The position numbers and the translations under genes were made by a program. Below, in pieces: positions 27,794 to 37,908 of a stretch of DNA of 59,744 bases. Numbering within the stretch: position 1 is the stretch's first letter; each line of letters opens with the position of its first letter. Origin of the DNA: Candidatus Micrarchaeota archaeon. GTDB taxonomy: Archaea > Micrarchaeota > Micrarchaeia > Micrarchaeales > Micrarchaeaceae. The notes below the pieces were generated by a model, which did no database searches, was not told the origin of the DNA, and saw only the letters and a list, made by a program, of their open reading frames with translations. The stretch is from NCBI GenBank assembly GCA_021827665.1, contig JAKAUR010000026.1, forward strand, positions 1 to 59,744. Direction: 5' to 3'.

Positions 27794-28648
27794 TCATATC
27801 TTGCCGAAGCTCATTATGTCGTCATGCAGTGCCAAGGCTGAAGGCGTACCTATGTATTTTATCGCTTCTCCGACTAGCGCCTTTGCATCCGGTATTTTGC
27901 GGAGCTTGAAAAGCGCAAGCGATGCGTAGTACAGCGCGCCCACAGAGAAACTTTTCTTCGTGAGCAGGGATTCGGCATGCACGAGCGATTCAGCGTATAG
28001 CCCGTTGAGGCTGAACAGCAGCATCTTCGCATAGCTTGAAGCCAGCTCGTTGCCCAGCTCCGAAAGCTCGTTTAAATAGTGCTTTGCCCCGGTCTTATCC
28101 TTGAGCTTGACGCTCGCCATGAATTGCAGAAACGTCGTATCAAGCGCCTTTGACTCTGCAGAACCCTTGCCTGCCTCGCTTATGGCCTTGTAGAGCGAGA
28201 GCCGGGAATCCGCGTAGAGTTTTGACGCGGCTGCCCTGTGCACTGAATTATCCTCCATGAAGCCCGGCTTGTCATAGCTTATGAGCGAAGTCTCGTTGTT
28301 TGATGCGCTAAGCAGTATTATTCCCTTCAGGTATAGGAACCAGGCGCTCTTTGATGCGGCGTATGCTGTGTCGCAGGATGACACTGCCGCATTGTAGTTC
28401 TTGGATGAGTAATTTTGGCCTATAGCAGAAACCGCCTGCGACAATGCCTCGCTGCTCGTTTCGGACATTTTCTTGTGTATCAGGGCTTCGCACCACGAGC
28501 AGACGCAGTGGTCAGAAAGCGATATCGTCTTCGAGCCGCAGTACGGGCACCTGATAAGCATGCCTGAAGATGCAGCATATGATGCCACCGAAGCAGCGTT
28601 CTTAACGTTCAAAACCATCACCGCAACCGACATTTGTGTAATTGTCAA
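27794..28648 (-). CDS. Zinc-ribbon + TPR-like helical hypothetical protein
   Basis: CPYC...CSWC followed by TPR-like helices. True start uncertain (28648-28561). Confidence 0.65.
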   Translation of the reverse strand: MTITQMSVAVMVLNVKNAASVASYAASSGMLIRCPYCGSKTISLSDHCVCSWCEALIHKKMSETSSEALSQAVSAIGQNYSSKNYNAAVSSCDTAYAASKSAWFLYLKGIILLSASNNETSLISYDKPGFMEDNSVHRAAASKLYADSRLSLYKAISEAGKGSAESKALDTTFLQFMASVKLKDKTGAKHYLNELSELGNELASSYAKMLLFSLNGLYAESLVHAESLLTKKSFSVGALYYASLALFKLRKIPDAKALVGEAIKYIGTPSALALHDDIMSFGKI

Positions 28649-28657
28649 AGAGGTTAT

Positions 28658-29317
28658 TTATCTTTTGCGCAATACGGCAAACATATGCAGCTCGTCGTAA
28701 GGCTCTATGCTTACCTTTTCCACAATGTCGTAAACATCAGACACTTTTTTGAGTTCTGATTCGAAGACTTCCGATGGTTTCTTCCCGACGTCTATGCTCT
28801 GCGATTTTATTATGAAGTAGGCGAATCCGCCCTTCTTAAGGAACTTTGAATTCTCAAGCAGTATGCCTGACTGGTCCCGCGAAGAAACATCCTGATATAT
28901 CACGTCGCATTCAGATATGTAATCTTTGTATTTGGCGGTGTCGCTTGCATCTCCGAGTATTGGCAGCATGTTCTTTCTTTTCTCGCAGACCTTGATGAGC
29001 TGGCGCATGTTCCTATCGGACAGCTCTATGCAGTAGACAGATCCCATGGCCCCGACTATGTCGCTGACGTGGCTGGCAGTCGTCCCGGTTGCCGCGCCCA
29101 GATAAAGCACCTTGGAGCCGGGCCCTATGTGCATTTCCTTCATGCCGTTCATTATTGCAGCGGAAAGCTTGCTCCTGTATGGATTCCACAGCCTGTACTC
29201 CTTAGCACCAATAACCACTAGCTCCTCGCTGTATGCCTTGGACCCCCTGACAATGTTTTCCGTTGCCAGCTTGCCGCCTATTGAAAATACGCCCTTGAAA
29301 ATTTCCTTTGACTCCAA
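28658..29317 (-). CDS. flpA: Fibrillarin-like rRNA/tRNA 2'-O-methyltransferase
   Basis: YRLWNPYRSKLSAAI and VLYLGAATGTTASHVSD motifs. Confidence 0.96.
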   Translation of the reverse strand: MESKEIFKGVFSIGGKLATENIVRGSKAYSEELVVIGAKEYRLWNPYRSKLSAAIMNGMKEMHIGPGSKVLYLGAATGTTASHVSDIVGAMGSVYCIELSDRNMRQLIKVCEKRKNMLPILGDASDTAKYKDYISECDVIYQDVSSRDQSGILLENSKFLKKGGFAYFIIKSQSIDVGKKPSEVFESELKKVSDVYDIVEKVSIEPYDELHMFAVLRKR

Positions 29318-29388
29318 TGAACCACCGATACGGCAAAATGCCTCAGAGTGTTTTAACTAGCAAGAATAATAGCGTTTGCCGAACCCAG

Positions 29389-29700
29389 TCACGTGCCCAT
29401 GCTTCTCCACGCCCTTTCCATCAGCTGTGTTATGTATTCATCCCTTATCTCTTGTACTTCGCCTTCCGAAAGGTCGGACATCCTTATGCCGCGCCTTATG
29501 CCATTCTTGTGCAGCAGCGAGAGCAGAAGCCTCTGTGCCTTCTCATAGAAGGCCCTTGCCTCGTATGGCCTCTTTTCCCTGAGAGAGCGCCTGGCCCTTT
29601 CCAGATATCTCGAAGCCCTCTCAAGCCTCGAAAGCTCCCTTCCCCTTTCCGACCGCGTGGAGCTGGCATGCACGCCATCCAAACCGCGCAAGCCATGCAC
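29389..29700 (-). CDS. Small Arg-rich helical hypothetical protein
   Basis: Best candidate ORF filling the gap between flpA and the kinase. No motif. Confidence 0.45.
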   Translation of the reverse strand: MHGLRGLDGVHASSTRSERGRELSRLERASRYLERARRSLREKRPYEARAFYEKAQRLLLSLLHKNGIRRGIRMSDLSEGEVQEIRDEYITQLMERAWRSMGT

Positions 29701-29766
29701 CGTTACACAATCTCAAAACAGGATTAAATAACTTCCCAATTCAATTATAAAACGGCGATTTTAAAC

Positions 29767-31992
29767 ATGTCGGAGAACATTGTGCTTGAAAAGTTCATGT
29801 ACGACCTGCTCCCGTTAGCGATGTCGCAGTACAGCGAAAAGGACACCGTTGAGGGCTTCGCAAGAAGCGTGAAGGAGGTCTTTGGCGTAGACGCTGCCAG
29901 CTTGAAAAAGATGGATTCTTTTGGGGAAGAAAACGGTGGGATATACGGCTACGTTGCCAACACCAAAAAGGTTTACATAGACAACCAGCTCAGCGATTAT
30001 TCTGAGTTCCCGCAGCTGATAAACTACAGGAACCTGGGCTATTCCAGCTGTGCCATACTGCCGCTCATGGTTGGAGGTAGGGTCATAGGCGTGCTCGAGC
30101 TGCTTTCCAAGATGGAGAACAGGTTCAGCAAGGAGGTGCTCAACAGCCTTTCCATAGGCGCGGCATTCATAGGCTTGGCTGTCAGCTATTCCGGAGAGGC
30201 CTCCAGAAGCAGAAACCTAGCTGCTTATTTCGACTCCGCTTTCAGCAGCGGCTCTGCCAACATGCTTGTTTCGCAGACCGGCAAGGTGATAAAAGCCAAC
30301 AAGAAGGCCATGGCCCTTTTCAGGATAAGCCAGTCGGAAAGCGTTGACGTGAAGAGAATCCTTGGAATGGATTTCAAGGAGCTCAGGGCGATGCAGCCCG
30401 ACGTGCCGATAAGGAGGCTCGTGCCCGTAGATCGGAAGAAGCACGTTTTCGAGGTTAATGCTTCAGGGATAAACCAGGGAACGGTTTACGTGTCGCTAGC
30501 CGACGTGAGCGATAACGAGCTGGTCAACGGCATAAGCGACAGCATAGCAGGAACCGGCAAGGCAGTAGCCCTAAGCCTCGACCAGGACTTCAAGGTAATA
30601 GGAGGATTCGGCAGGCTTGGCAAGTGGGACAGCGTAGACAGCATGAACATCAAAAGCCTAAGGCTCAAAGACATGATTCCGGCATCGGACTATGCTTCGC
30701 TCGAAGCTTCGTTGAAATCTAAGGGAAGGGCAATGGTAAATACCGACGTTTCTATAGGGGGCTACAAGGAGAAGGCATACATGTCTGTATCTAAAACCGC
30801 GTTCGGATACATGTGCATAATGCTTAGCGCCGAGCTTGAGGAATCGGTCAGGATACTCTCCAACAACCTCAAGGACTTCATAGGCGTGACTTCAGACATA
30901 ACATTTGTAGTGGACCAGAACGGCACCATAACGGACGCGAACATGCCCATAGAGCAGTTTCTCGGCTACAAGAAGGAGCAGCTGCTGGGCAGGGACATAA
31001 GGACACTCTACTCCGAAGAGGACACCCTTGACAGGGACCTTGCATACGTCAAGAGCGGCGGCAAAGTCGACGGCAGCTACGTAAACCTGAAGAAGGGCAA
31101 TTCTGAGCTGCTTCCGGCTACGCATTCGGTGAGGCTGTTCTTCGACGGAGATTCCTATTTTTACGCAATAATGGTAAAGGAGCTGGAGACCAAGCGCATG
31201 ATTAACGACCTTGAGCAATCAGCCAGGAAGTTCGAGGGCCAGGCGAAGAGCCTCAGGATGGCCAGCGACCTCAAGTCGCAATTCATATACAACATATCGC
31301 ACGAGCTGAAGACCCCTCTGACAAACATAAAGGGGTTTGCCAAACTGCTCAAAGAGGGTGAATTTGGGGCATTGAACCCGGACCAGAAGGAGTACATTGA
31401 CACAATACTCGACGAGGCCGACAGGCTAATGCTCATAATAACGCAGGTTCTGGATGCCGCAAAGCTGGAAGCCAACAAGGTAAAGCTAGACCTCAAAGAG
31501 GTCAACCTTGCCGAGATGTCGAACAACCCAAGCATAAAGGCAATGGAGGAATCGACCAAAAACAAGGGATTGGCATTCTCGTGGGCCGTAGACTACGACG
31601 TACCGGCAATAACCGCGGACCCGAACAGGCTCATACAGGTTTTCGTGAACCTCATAGGCAATTCGATAAAATTCACAGAGACCGGAAAGATATCAGTGCA
31701 CATATCCAAGTACAGCAAGCGCAGCGTATTGTGCGAGGTCATCGACACCGGCATAGGCATAAGCGACGAGGACAAGAGGAAGATATTCAAGAAATTTTAC
31801 CAGGCCTCGAAGAAAGGATTGGTTAAGCCTGACGGCACCGGAACCGGGCTTGGCCTTGCAATAACAAAGGAGATAATCGACCTTCACAGGGGGCGCATAA
31901 AGTTCGACTCTACGCAGGGGAAGGGCAGCAGGTTCTATTTCACAATACCCATAAGCCAGAACTCATACGGAAAGCGCAGAAGGAAGGAATAG
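29767..31992 (+). CDS. Cytoplasmic GAF/PAS sensor histidine kinase
   Basis: GAF-like N-terminus, PAS (DANMPIEQFLGY..EQLLG), H-box SHELKTPL, N-box NLIGNSIKF, DTGIG and GTGLGL. Confidence 0.93.
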   Translation: MSENIVLEKFMYDLLPLAMSQYSEKDTVEGFARSVKEVFGVDAASLKKMDSFGEENGGIYGYVANTKKVYIDNQLSDYSEFPQLINYRNLGYSSCAILPLMVGGRVIGVLELLSKMENRFSKEVLNSLSIGAAFIGLAVSYSGEASRSRNLAAYFDSAFSSGSANMLVSQTGKVIKANKKAMALFRISQSESVDVKRILGMDFKELRAMQPDVPIRRLVPVDRKKHVFEVNASGINQGTVYVSLADVSDNELVNGISDSIAGTGKAVALSLDQDFKVIGGFGRLGKWDSVDSMNIKSLRLKDMIPASDYASLEASLKSKGRAMVNTDVSIGGYKEKAYMSVSKTAFGYMCIMLSAELEESVRILSNNLKDFIGVTSDITFVVDQNGTITDANMPIEQFLGYKKEQLLGRDIRTLYSEEDTLDRDLAYVKSGGKVDGSYVNLKKGNSELLPATHSVRLFFDGDSYFYAIMVKELETKRMINDLEQSARKFEGQAKSLRMASDLKSQFIYNISHELKTPLTNIKGFAKLLKEGEFGALNPDQKEYIDTILDEADRLMLIITQVLDAAKLEANKVKLDLKEVNLAEMSNNPSIKAMEESTKNKGLAFSWAVDYDVPAITADPNRLIQVFVNLIGNSIKFTETGKISVHISKYSKRSVLCEVIDTGIGISDEDKRKIFKKFYQASKKGLVKPDGTGTGLGLAITKEIIDLHRGRIKFDSTQGKGSRFYFTIPISQNSYGKRRRKE

Positions 31993-32008
31993 CCGCAATT
32001 ACACGCAT

Positions 32009-33007
32009 TCACTGGAGGTATATTCCGCACGCACCGCCTACTCTCACCGCGCTCAGATAGCCCCGGTACAAAGCGCTCTCGTTAGTGTCTGCGAATATCC
32101 CAGAATAAGTAACGTTGCTGATGACATCGTCGGAAGAGTTTATCATCATCGAGAGGGCAGTTCCCGTAGTTATCGTGCTCTTGCTTATCGTAGTATAAGT
32201 CACCTTGTAGAGGGGGCCCGAAACGTCGTTGAGCGCATACGTCATGTTGAATGGCACGAACGCGCTCACGTTTGCATATGTCTTCGAGCCTGATGGAGGA
32301 ACCCCGTAGTTGTTGGCTTCGTACGTCTTGTTGTAAAGCGACTGGGTGCACTGCGATGTGTTATGGTAGAGTTCGGAATAGTTTTCCATAAGTGAATAGT
32401 ATTTGCTCGCCTGCAGGGACGAGAGCGCCTTTGAATAGCCGTTTGACTGCGATGCCGTGGTTGTTACGGTCGTAGCCACTGTGGTAGTTGTGGTTGATCC
32501 GGATTTTGTGGAATTGGAACTCTTTGAAGGAGATATGGTGCTTGTCGTTGTGGCGCTCACGTTGGTTGATACTATCCTTATCTGAGACGAATCTGGGGAT
32601 ACCGCGGCAGACTGGCTTATCGTTATGAAACGAACACGCGCGGAGGTGCCATTGACCGAAAGCAGCTCTATGCCTATGTCGGCATATTTGGACATGTAAT
32701 TCGCATGTATCGTAGTATCCTTGCTCAGCGATACGGCCATTAGCGGATTTACGAATGAGGGCTGCTTGGATAGGTAAAGCGTGCTGCCGGAGCCCATGTA
32801 AGCGGCATATTCTACGCCACCGAGTATGAATACCGTGCCATTGGCGCTTATTGTCACGTTGCCGGCAGAGCCCAGGTCCTGGACGCCCTTGTACGTCAAT
32901 GCGTACAGTGCTACTGCTATTATGATTATCGCGATCACAGCGTATATCGCAACGCCCTTTGCGTTTGTCTTGCGATGGGCATGATGCTTTGTATTCCTGG
33001 AGGCCAT
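32009..33007 (-). CDS. Membrane-anchored glycoprotein-like protein with Ser/Thr linker
   Basis: Basic N-terminus, TM helix, poly-Thr linker and sequons. Confidence 0.75.
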   Translation of the reverse strand: MASRNTKHHAHRKTNAKGVAIYAVIAIIIIAVALYALTYKGVQDLGSAGNVTISANGTVFILGGVEYAAYMGSGSTLYLSKQPSFVNPLMAVSLSKDTTIHANYMSKYADIGIELLSVNGTSARVRFITISQSAAVSPDSSQIRIVSTNVSATTTSTISPSKSSNSTKSGSTTTTTVATTVTTTASQSNGYSKALSSLQASKYYSLMENYSELYHNTSQCTQSLYNKTYEANNYGVPPSGSKTYANVSAFVPFNMTYALNDVSGPLYKVTYTTISKSTITTGTALSMMINSSDDVISNVTYSGIFADTNESALYRGYLSAVRVGGACGIYLQ

Positions 33008-33134
33008 ATTAAAGATTGCAAGGCAAATCTTTTAATCCTTGCTTTGAGGTATTTTTCGCAATCGGAGAGACGGTGATGACGGCAATTGGCAAGATATAAG
33101 ATACTTTTTGTTGATTTATTATCAGGTGACCTTT

Positions 33135-34337
33135 ATGGATGAATTTCATGACTTTTCCGAAGAGATTCTTTCTCTGATAAATGACAAGCAGCAGATATCT
33201 TACAGCGAGCTGAAGGACAGCGCCTTCAGCAGGGGCATTTCGCTTGAGCAGCTGGATGCCTCGCTCAGGGAGCTTGAGAACACTAAGGCTATTGCGTCCA
33301 GGAGCAACGGAGGCATAATGACCTATTACATTCTTGAGGAAGACAAGCAGCTCAGGAAAGTGCTGATAGTGGAGGACGACAAGAACATAAACAAGCTGAT
33401 GGCCCTTTCCTTGGGCAAGGGATTTGAGATAATGCAGGTATATGACGGAGGAGAGGCGATAGGAGTCGTAAAGGAGAAGAGGCCGGACCTGGTCATACTG
33501 GATCTTATGCTGCCCCACATGGACGGGCAGGAGATATGCAATATCATAAAGAGCGACAAGGACATAAAGGACACCACGGTCATATTGGTAAGCGCGATGG
33601 ACCCTACCAACAACAGGTTCACGGCCTTTAGGAACGGAGCAGACTATTACATAAAGAAGCCTTTCGACCCGATAGAGCTCAGGAATCTCGTGACCCTTTT
33701 CCTTAAGAAGAAGGGCAAGAGATTTGACCCGCTGATAGACCTTCCCGACGAAGACAGGATATCGCGCGAGATAGAGCATTCACTGAAGGAGGGAGAGCAG
33801 TATGTAATAGGCACAATAAAGATAGACAACTTCGGGGAATACGCAAGGCGCTTCGGGGAAAAATCCGCCATAGTGATACTAAGGCTGATATCCCAGCTGC
33901 TTCAGGATCTAATAAAGAATTCGGGCAACGGCGTTTTTGTAGGGTTCCTGAACAGCAACCAGTTCGTGGTTGCAGGAATGCAGCAGAACGTCAACGATGT
34001 CATTTCGGGCATACAATCGGAATTCGGAGCGGTGCTTAATTTCATACTGCAGGATGAAGGCTACAGACAGATGGACCTCAACGTAGATAGCCTTTTCGAA
34101 TCAAAGGAAGTGCCGAAGATTTCGCTTGTCTACAACGAGATAGGTAAGAACGACCTTAAAAAGAGGCGCAGCGAGATACTGGAAAGCAAGACAGAAGGCC
34201 AGGGGGACATAGGCACATATACCTATGAAGAACTGCAGAAGCTGTTCGGCAGCTCAGACCTTGACGTGATAATAACAAGGGATTCGAATGGCGTTAGGCT
34301 CCAGGTGGGAAAAAATGCGTCGGAAGCTAACAGGTAG
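33135..34337 (+). CDS. Response regulator: winged-helix-like N-terminus + REC + degenerate GGDEF-like domain
   Basis: AGGTGA RBS; VEDD, DLMLPHMDG, SA and KKPF receiver motifs; then DPLIDLP...KIDNFGEYARRFG...FVGFLNSNQF. Confidence 0.88.
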   Translation: MDEFHDFSEEILSLINDKQQISYSELKDSAFSRGISLEQLDASLRELENTKAIASRSNGGIMTYYILEEDKQLRKVLIVEDDKNINKLMALSLGKGFEIMQVYDGGEAIGVVKEKRPDLVILDLMLPHMDGQEICNIIKSDKDIKDTTVILVSAMDPTNNRFTAFRNGADYYIKKPFDPIELRNLVTLFLKKKGKRFDPLIDLPDEDRISREIEHSLKEGEQYVIGTIKIDNFGEYARRFGEKSAIVILRLISQLLQDLIKNSGNGVFVGFLNSNQFVVAGMQQNVNDVISGIQSEFGAVLNFILQDEGYRQMDLNVDSLFESKEVPKISLVYNEIGKNDLKKRRSEILESKTEGQGDIGTYTYEELQKLFGSSDLDVIITRDSNGVRLQVGKNASEANR

Positions 34338-34890
34338 ATCGGGAGGGGAGAAAAGGGCGCAGATGTCGCTTGACTTCATAATATCCTACGGCGTTGCTTT
34401 CATAATAATATCTGCTGCAATTTACATAGTAATGACGAGCGGCATATTCAATCCCACTATAATACCGGAGAACTGCGTTCCTTCGCCTTCGTTCGTGTGC
34501 GATTCCTACGGAATAAACACCACAGGAGCGATGGTGATAAAGCTGTCGCAGGCTACCGGCGGCACCATAAATGTGACCGGAGTGGCATGCGCGGTGAACT
34601 CAAACTCAACAGATGAAAACCTGCCAGAAACCGGCAACATCAACATACTAGGATATTCCGGAGACAGTGGAAGCTACCCTCCAGGGACATTCACTTCCAA
34701 CGGAGTGGTTATATACAGCGACGGCTACGGCGTCCTCAACGCATATTGCTACGCCACCAACGGAGCGATAGACGCACAGCCCCTTGGAAACAGTTTCACT
34801 GGATACATATTCATAAATTATACGACAAGCGGATTGCCTTCCCAGCACACTTTAATAAAGGTTGCATCAGTAACAATGAAATATACTTGA
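34315..34890 (+). CDS. Class III signal-peptide (type IV prepilin-like) protein
   Basis: KRA|QMSLDFIISYGVAFIII hydrophobic helix and paired Cys. Start ATG follows AGGTGG. Confidence 0.8.
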   Translation: MRRKLTGRSGGEKRAQMSLDFIISYGVAFIIISAAIYIVMTSGIFNPTIIPENCVPSPSFVCDSYGINTTGAMVIKLSQATGGTINVTGVACAVNSNSTDENLPETGNINILGYSGDSGSYPPGTFTSNGVVIYSDGYGVLNAYCYATNGAIDAQPLGNSFTGYIFINYTTSGLPSQHTLIKVASVTMKYT

Positions 34891-34906
34891 CCACGTTGGC
34901 GTTTGC

Positions 34907-35743
34907 ATGTTAAGGAGCGTTGCTTTCATGGGGTTTTTCGCGCTGCTCGTGTTAGGGTCCATGAGCTTCGCTGCAGGAACCTACGTAAACATTACCGAAC
35001 CGTACAACGCAACCGTAACGAACAACGGAAGCATTTATCTTGGAAAGGCTGGGCCCGGGCAAACTTTCTCAATAACCATATCTGCCCTTACGACCAATGG
35101 AACCGGAGCGGTCTTCAGCAGGGGATGGAACAAACTCGTAGTTACGGGCTATCCTGAGGGCTGGGTCGTAAAAAATTCTGCTCTTTACCGCTCCACGCTC
35201 ACGGTAGACATAACACCCTCTCCGGAAGCGGTAAACGGCACTTATAAGCTCGCGTTTAGCGCTGTCAACATAGGCAATTATTCGAAAATAGGCTCATTGG
35301 ATTTCATTGCATACGTGAACATAACGCCAAACGTATTCGGGATGAGCGTATCGCCTGAAAAGGTTTATGGAAGCCCTGGCGAGCCTAAGAGCATTACGGT
35401 AACCATAAACAATACCGGAGTATCGGACAGCCCGTTCGTGATAAACGTCTCCGGAATACAGGGAGTGCAGCTTCAGCCGGAGACCGTGATAGCCCTGCAC
35501 CACACCAGCGAGACATTCAAATACGCTATTTTTGCTAGGACTCCGGGACAGTATGCCCCTATAGTCAACGTTAGCTCGCTCGAGAGCCCGCTCGTGAGGA
35601 AATCGGTAGGCATAAAGCTCGACATAAAGCCCAGCCTGCTTGACGACTACTACGCAATCGGGCAGGGCTCGCCAATATTCCCAATAATATACGAGCCTTC
35701 CTACGTGCTAATGTACGTCATAGGGCTGCTGTCAAAGCTCTGA
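34907..35743 (+). CDS. Exported Ig-fold-rich hypothetical protein
   Basis: Signal peptide, beta-rich domains with sequons, and a C-terminal hydrophobic segment. Confidence 0.7.
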   Translation: MLRSVAFMGFFALLVLGSMSFAAGTYVNITEPYNATVTNNGSIYLGKAGPGQTFSITISALTTNGTGAVFSRGWNKLVVTGYPEGWVVKNSALYRSTLTVDITPSPEAVNGTYKLAFSAVNIGNYSKIGSLDFIAYVNITPNVFGMSVSPEKVYGSPGEPKSITVTINNTGVSDSPFVINVSGIQGVQLQPETVIALHHTSETFKYAIFARTPGQYAPIVNVSSLESPLVRKSVGIKLDIKPSLLDDYYAIGQGSPIFPIIYEPSYVLMYVIGLLSKL

Positions 35744-35753
35744 GGGTGTTTTT

Positions 35754-36437
35754 TTGGAAAAGAAAGAGAAGAAAGAACCCAAGCTTATATACGTGAATCC
35801 GCTGCAGCTTTCGGACAAGCTCGACATAGGCAGGCTTGCCTACACAATGGGGCAGGAGGTCAAGGTCATTTACGCCATGGACATCGAAGGAAAGCGCTCC
35901 ATTTTTCTGCTGGGAGAATTCATAGGCGACACCAGGATGCTTTACTACGTTCCCGAAGAGGCTTCTGGAAGCTATGCGGTTTACAGCCCTAAAAACGAAA
36001 ATAGATTGGAAAGCTTCGAGATAACAGACAGGCTTGGCTCGTATGCGAGCTTGGGGGTATCCCGAATCCCGATAATAGAGCTCGACAACAAGAATTTCAA
36101 AAGCAAGGACCCCAAGCCAGAAAACATACTCTACGTCAAGGCGAAGAGGTATGGCGACATAATCAATGCAGTCATAAATGGCAACATAAACGGCGACAGC
36201 ATAGGCATGGTGTACAAATTCCGCTACGGGGGCAAGGCATATATCGGCTCTTTCGAAATAATAACGGACGACAAGAAGGTGTTCGTATATGCTGAAACCG
36301 AAGACCCCGACGGATCCTTCTACGTTTACGATTATTCAAGCGGCAGGATCAGCACTGCGAAGAGCTTTTCGGAGAGTTCTTATATTTATGTGCGCATAAT
36401 TAACCTTGCGGCTCCTATGCCCAATTTCAAGGATTAA
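35754..36437 (+). CDS. Hypothetical protein
   Basis: GAGGGTG RBS with TTG start, co-oriented in the operon. Confidence 0.7.
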   Translation: MEKKEKKEPKLIYVNPLQLSDKLDIGRLAYTMGQEVKVIYAMDIEGKRSIFLLGEFIGDTRMLYYVPEEASGSYAVYSPKNENRLESFEITDRLGSYASLGVSRIPIIELDNKNFKSKDPKPENILYVKAKRYGDIINAVINGNINGDSIGMVYKFRYGGKAYIGSFEIITDDKKVFVYAETEDPDGSFYVYDYSSGRISTAKSFSESSYIYVRIINLAAPMPNFKD

Positions 36438-36444
36438 TCCTTAT

Positions 36445-36516
36445 GCCCGAGTAGCTCAATGGTAGAGCGACTGGCTGTTAACCAGTAGGTTGCAGGTCCG
36501 ATTCCCGCCTCGGGCG
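36445..36516 (+). tRNA. tRNA-Asn (GTT)
   Basis: Cloverleaf GCCCGAG/CTCGGGC with anticodon arm ACTGG-CTGTTAA-CCAGT. Confidence 0.93.
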
Positions 36517-36585
36517 ATTTCTCTTTTATGGAATTTTGTGCAGGGATGATTGACCATCGTAATTCCACATTCAGAAAACGCCGTT

Positions 36586-37224
36586 TCATTTATTTTCGAT
36601 TCCGAACTTTATCTTTACTGCCTTGATTAATTTTGAGTAAAGCCTTTTGTCGTATAGTGAGTTTATTTCCAGAATGGAAGCGATTTGGCCGCTGACCGCA
36701 CCGTCTATGTCTGTGCGCATGCGATAAGGCCTTACTAAAACATTCTTATATGCCAAGCCCTTGTCCAGTTCTTTGCCTATTTGCTCCGTAGTAAAATGTT
36801 TGGCATAGAACTTGAGCGAATAATCCAAGAAATAATTTTCTATCTCGCCCTTGCTGAGCCCAAACCAGTAATGCAATATGTACCACATAACTTTTGGTGG
36901 CCTTATGTTATCGCAAAAAACCGTCACATGGCTATTTGCCAATTTTAGCAATGGCTTGGTAAACTTTATATTTTGATCAGTTGACAAAGCCCTTTCCTCC
37001 AGCAGTACATTTGCCTTATGCCTTAGCTTGTTTTCTAGGTATTTTGAAATTGTGCTTGCCTCGGATTCCAAGGGCCTTTTTGGATTTGTATGCCCTCCGG
37101 AGAGTATGACAACTTCGATGTTGTTTTTATTGACAAAAGAAGCAAAGCTATCCACGTATCCCTTATAAATTATGTTCGATCTATCAAATAGCCCATACCC
37201 AAGCAATACCGCATATTTAACCAA
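36586..37224 (-). CDS. YdcF/DUF218-like protein
   Basis: VLLG, ILSGG, SEA and LLEERALSTDQN motifs; AT-rich. Confidence 0.7.
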   Translation of the reverse strand: MVKYAVLLGYGLFDRSNIIYKGYVDSFASFVNKNNIEVVILSGGHTNPKRPLESEASTISKYLENKLRHKANVLLEERALSTDQNIKFTKPLLKLANSHVTVFCDNIRPPKVMWYILHYWFGLSKGEIENYFLDYSLKFYAKHFTTEQIGKELDKGLAYKNVLVRPYRMRTDIDGAVSGQIASILEINSLYDKRLYSKLIKAVKIKFGIENK

Positions 37225-37365
37225 ATCAACACCACACGCATAGTGCTTGCATTCGAATTATTTAAAGCATTATTGTATGCCCATAGGAACATCTTGCACT
37301 TCTGGCTAGGGGATAGCCAGAGCACTGCATGAAACAGTATGACAAAAGAAGCAGTAGTCGGATAA

Positions 37366-37908
37366 TCAGTAAGCCTGATCCTGGCTTTTGGAATTGCCCT
37401 TGAAGCTTTTGTACATCCTGTATATATGCCTGGCTTCCCCTAGGAGCATGCCTGCGCTGAATGCTAGCAATAGGTCTATTACCAGGTACCAGAAGTATGG
37501 GCCAGAAGGATTTACATAATTGGAAAAAAGTGCAAACTGGGAAGAGATTGCAGGCAATGGAAGGGCTATCTCTATGAGCAATCGCAGTATGAAAGCGCCT
37601 ATCCATATGAAGAAAACTTCGTTTGAGCCCTTGGAGCGTATTATCCCGTCCTTCTCGAAAACCTTTGATTTTACGCCGAGCTTGGTGCCGATAATATGTC
37701 CGATTATGCCGAAGAGCAGTGCAAATATCAGAACCTCGAAGTTGGGCGTTATGGCCAAAATGAGCAGCGTAAGAAATCCGTAGAGCACTGGCCTCATGAA
37801 TATCCTTCTTGTGTTGGCCCTTCTGCCCCTCATTTGGCTTCTGGTGCGGAGCATTACGAATAGCAGGACTATTATTATTACGTAGACGTACTCGTATTCG
37901 TTTGACAT
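37366..37908 (-). CDS. DUF1453/CcdC-like membrane protein
   Basis: Multi-TM protein with R..RIFMRP pattern. Confidence 0.6.
   Translation of the reverse strand: MSNEYEYVYVIIIVLLFVMLRTRSQMRGRRANTRRIFMRPVLYGFLTLLILAITPNFEVLIFALLFGIIGHIIGTKLGVKSKVFEKDGIIRSKGSNEVFFIWIGAFILRLLIEIALPLPAISSQFALFSNYVNPSGPYFWYLVIDLLLAFSAGMLLGEARHIYRMYKSFKGNSKSQDQAY

Noticed and set aside
33009-33779. 256-aa minus-strand ORF and the many other antisense ORFs in the track
   Set aside because: They overlap recognisable genes on the opposite strand and reflect codon bias.
33700-34060. Active diguanylate cyclase
   Set aside because: The GG(D/E)EF signature and metal-binding Asp are absent (NSNQF; TIKIDNF), so it is reported only as a degenerate fold.
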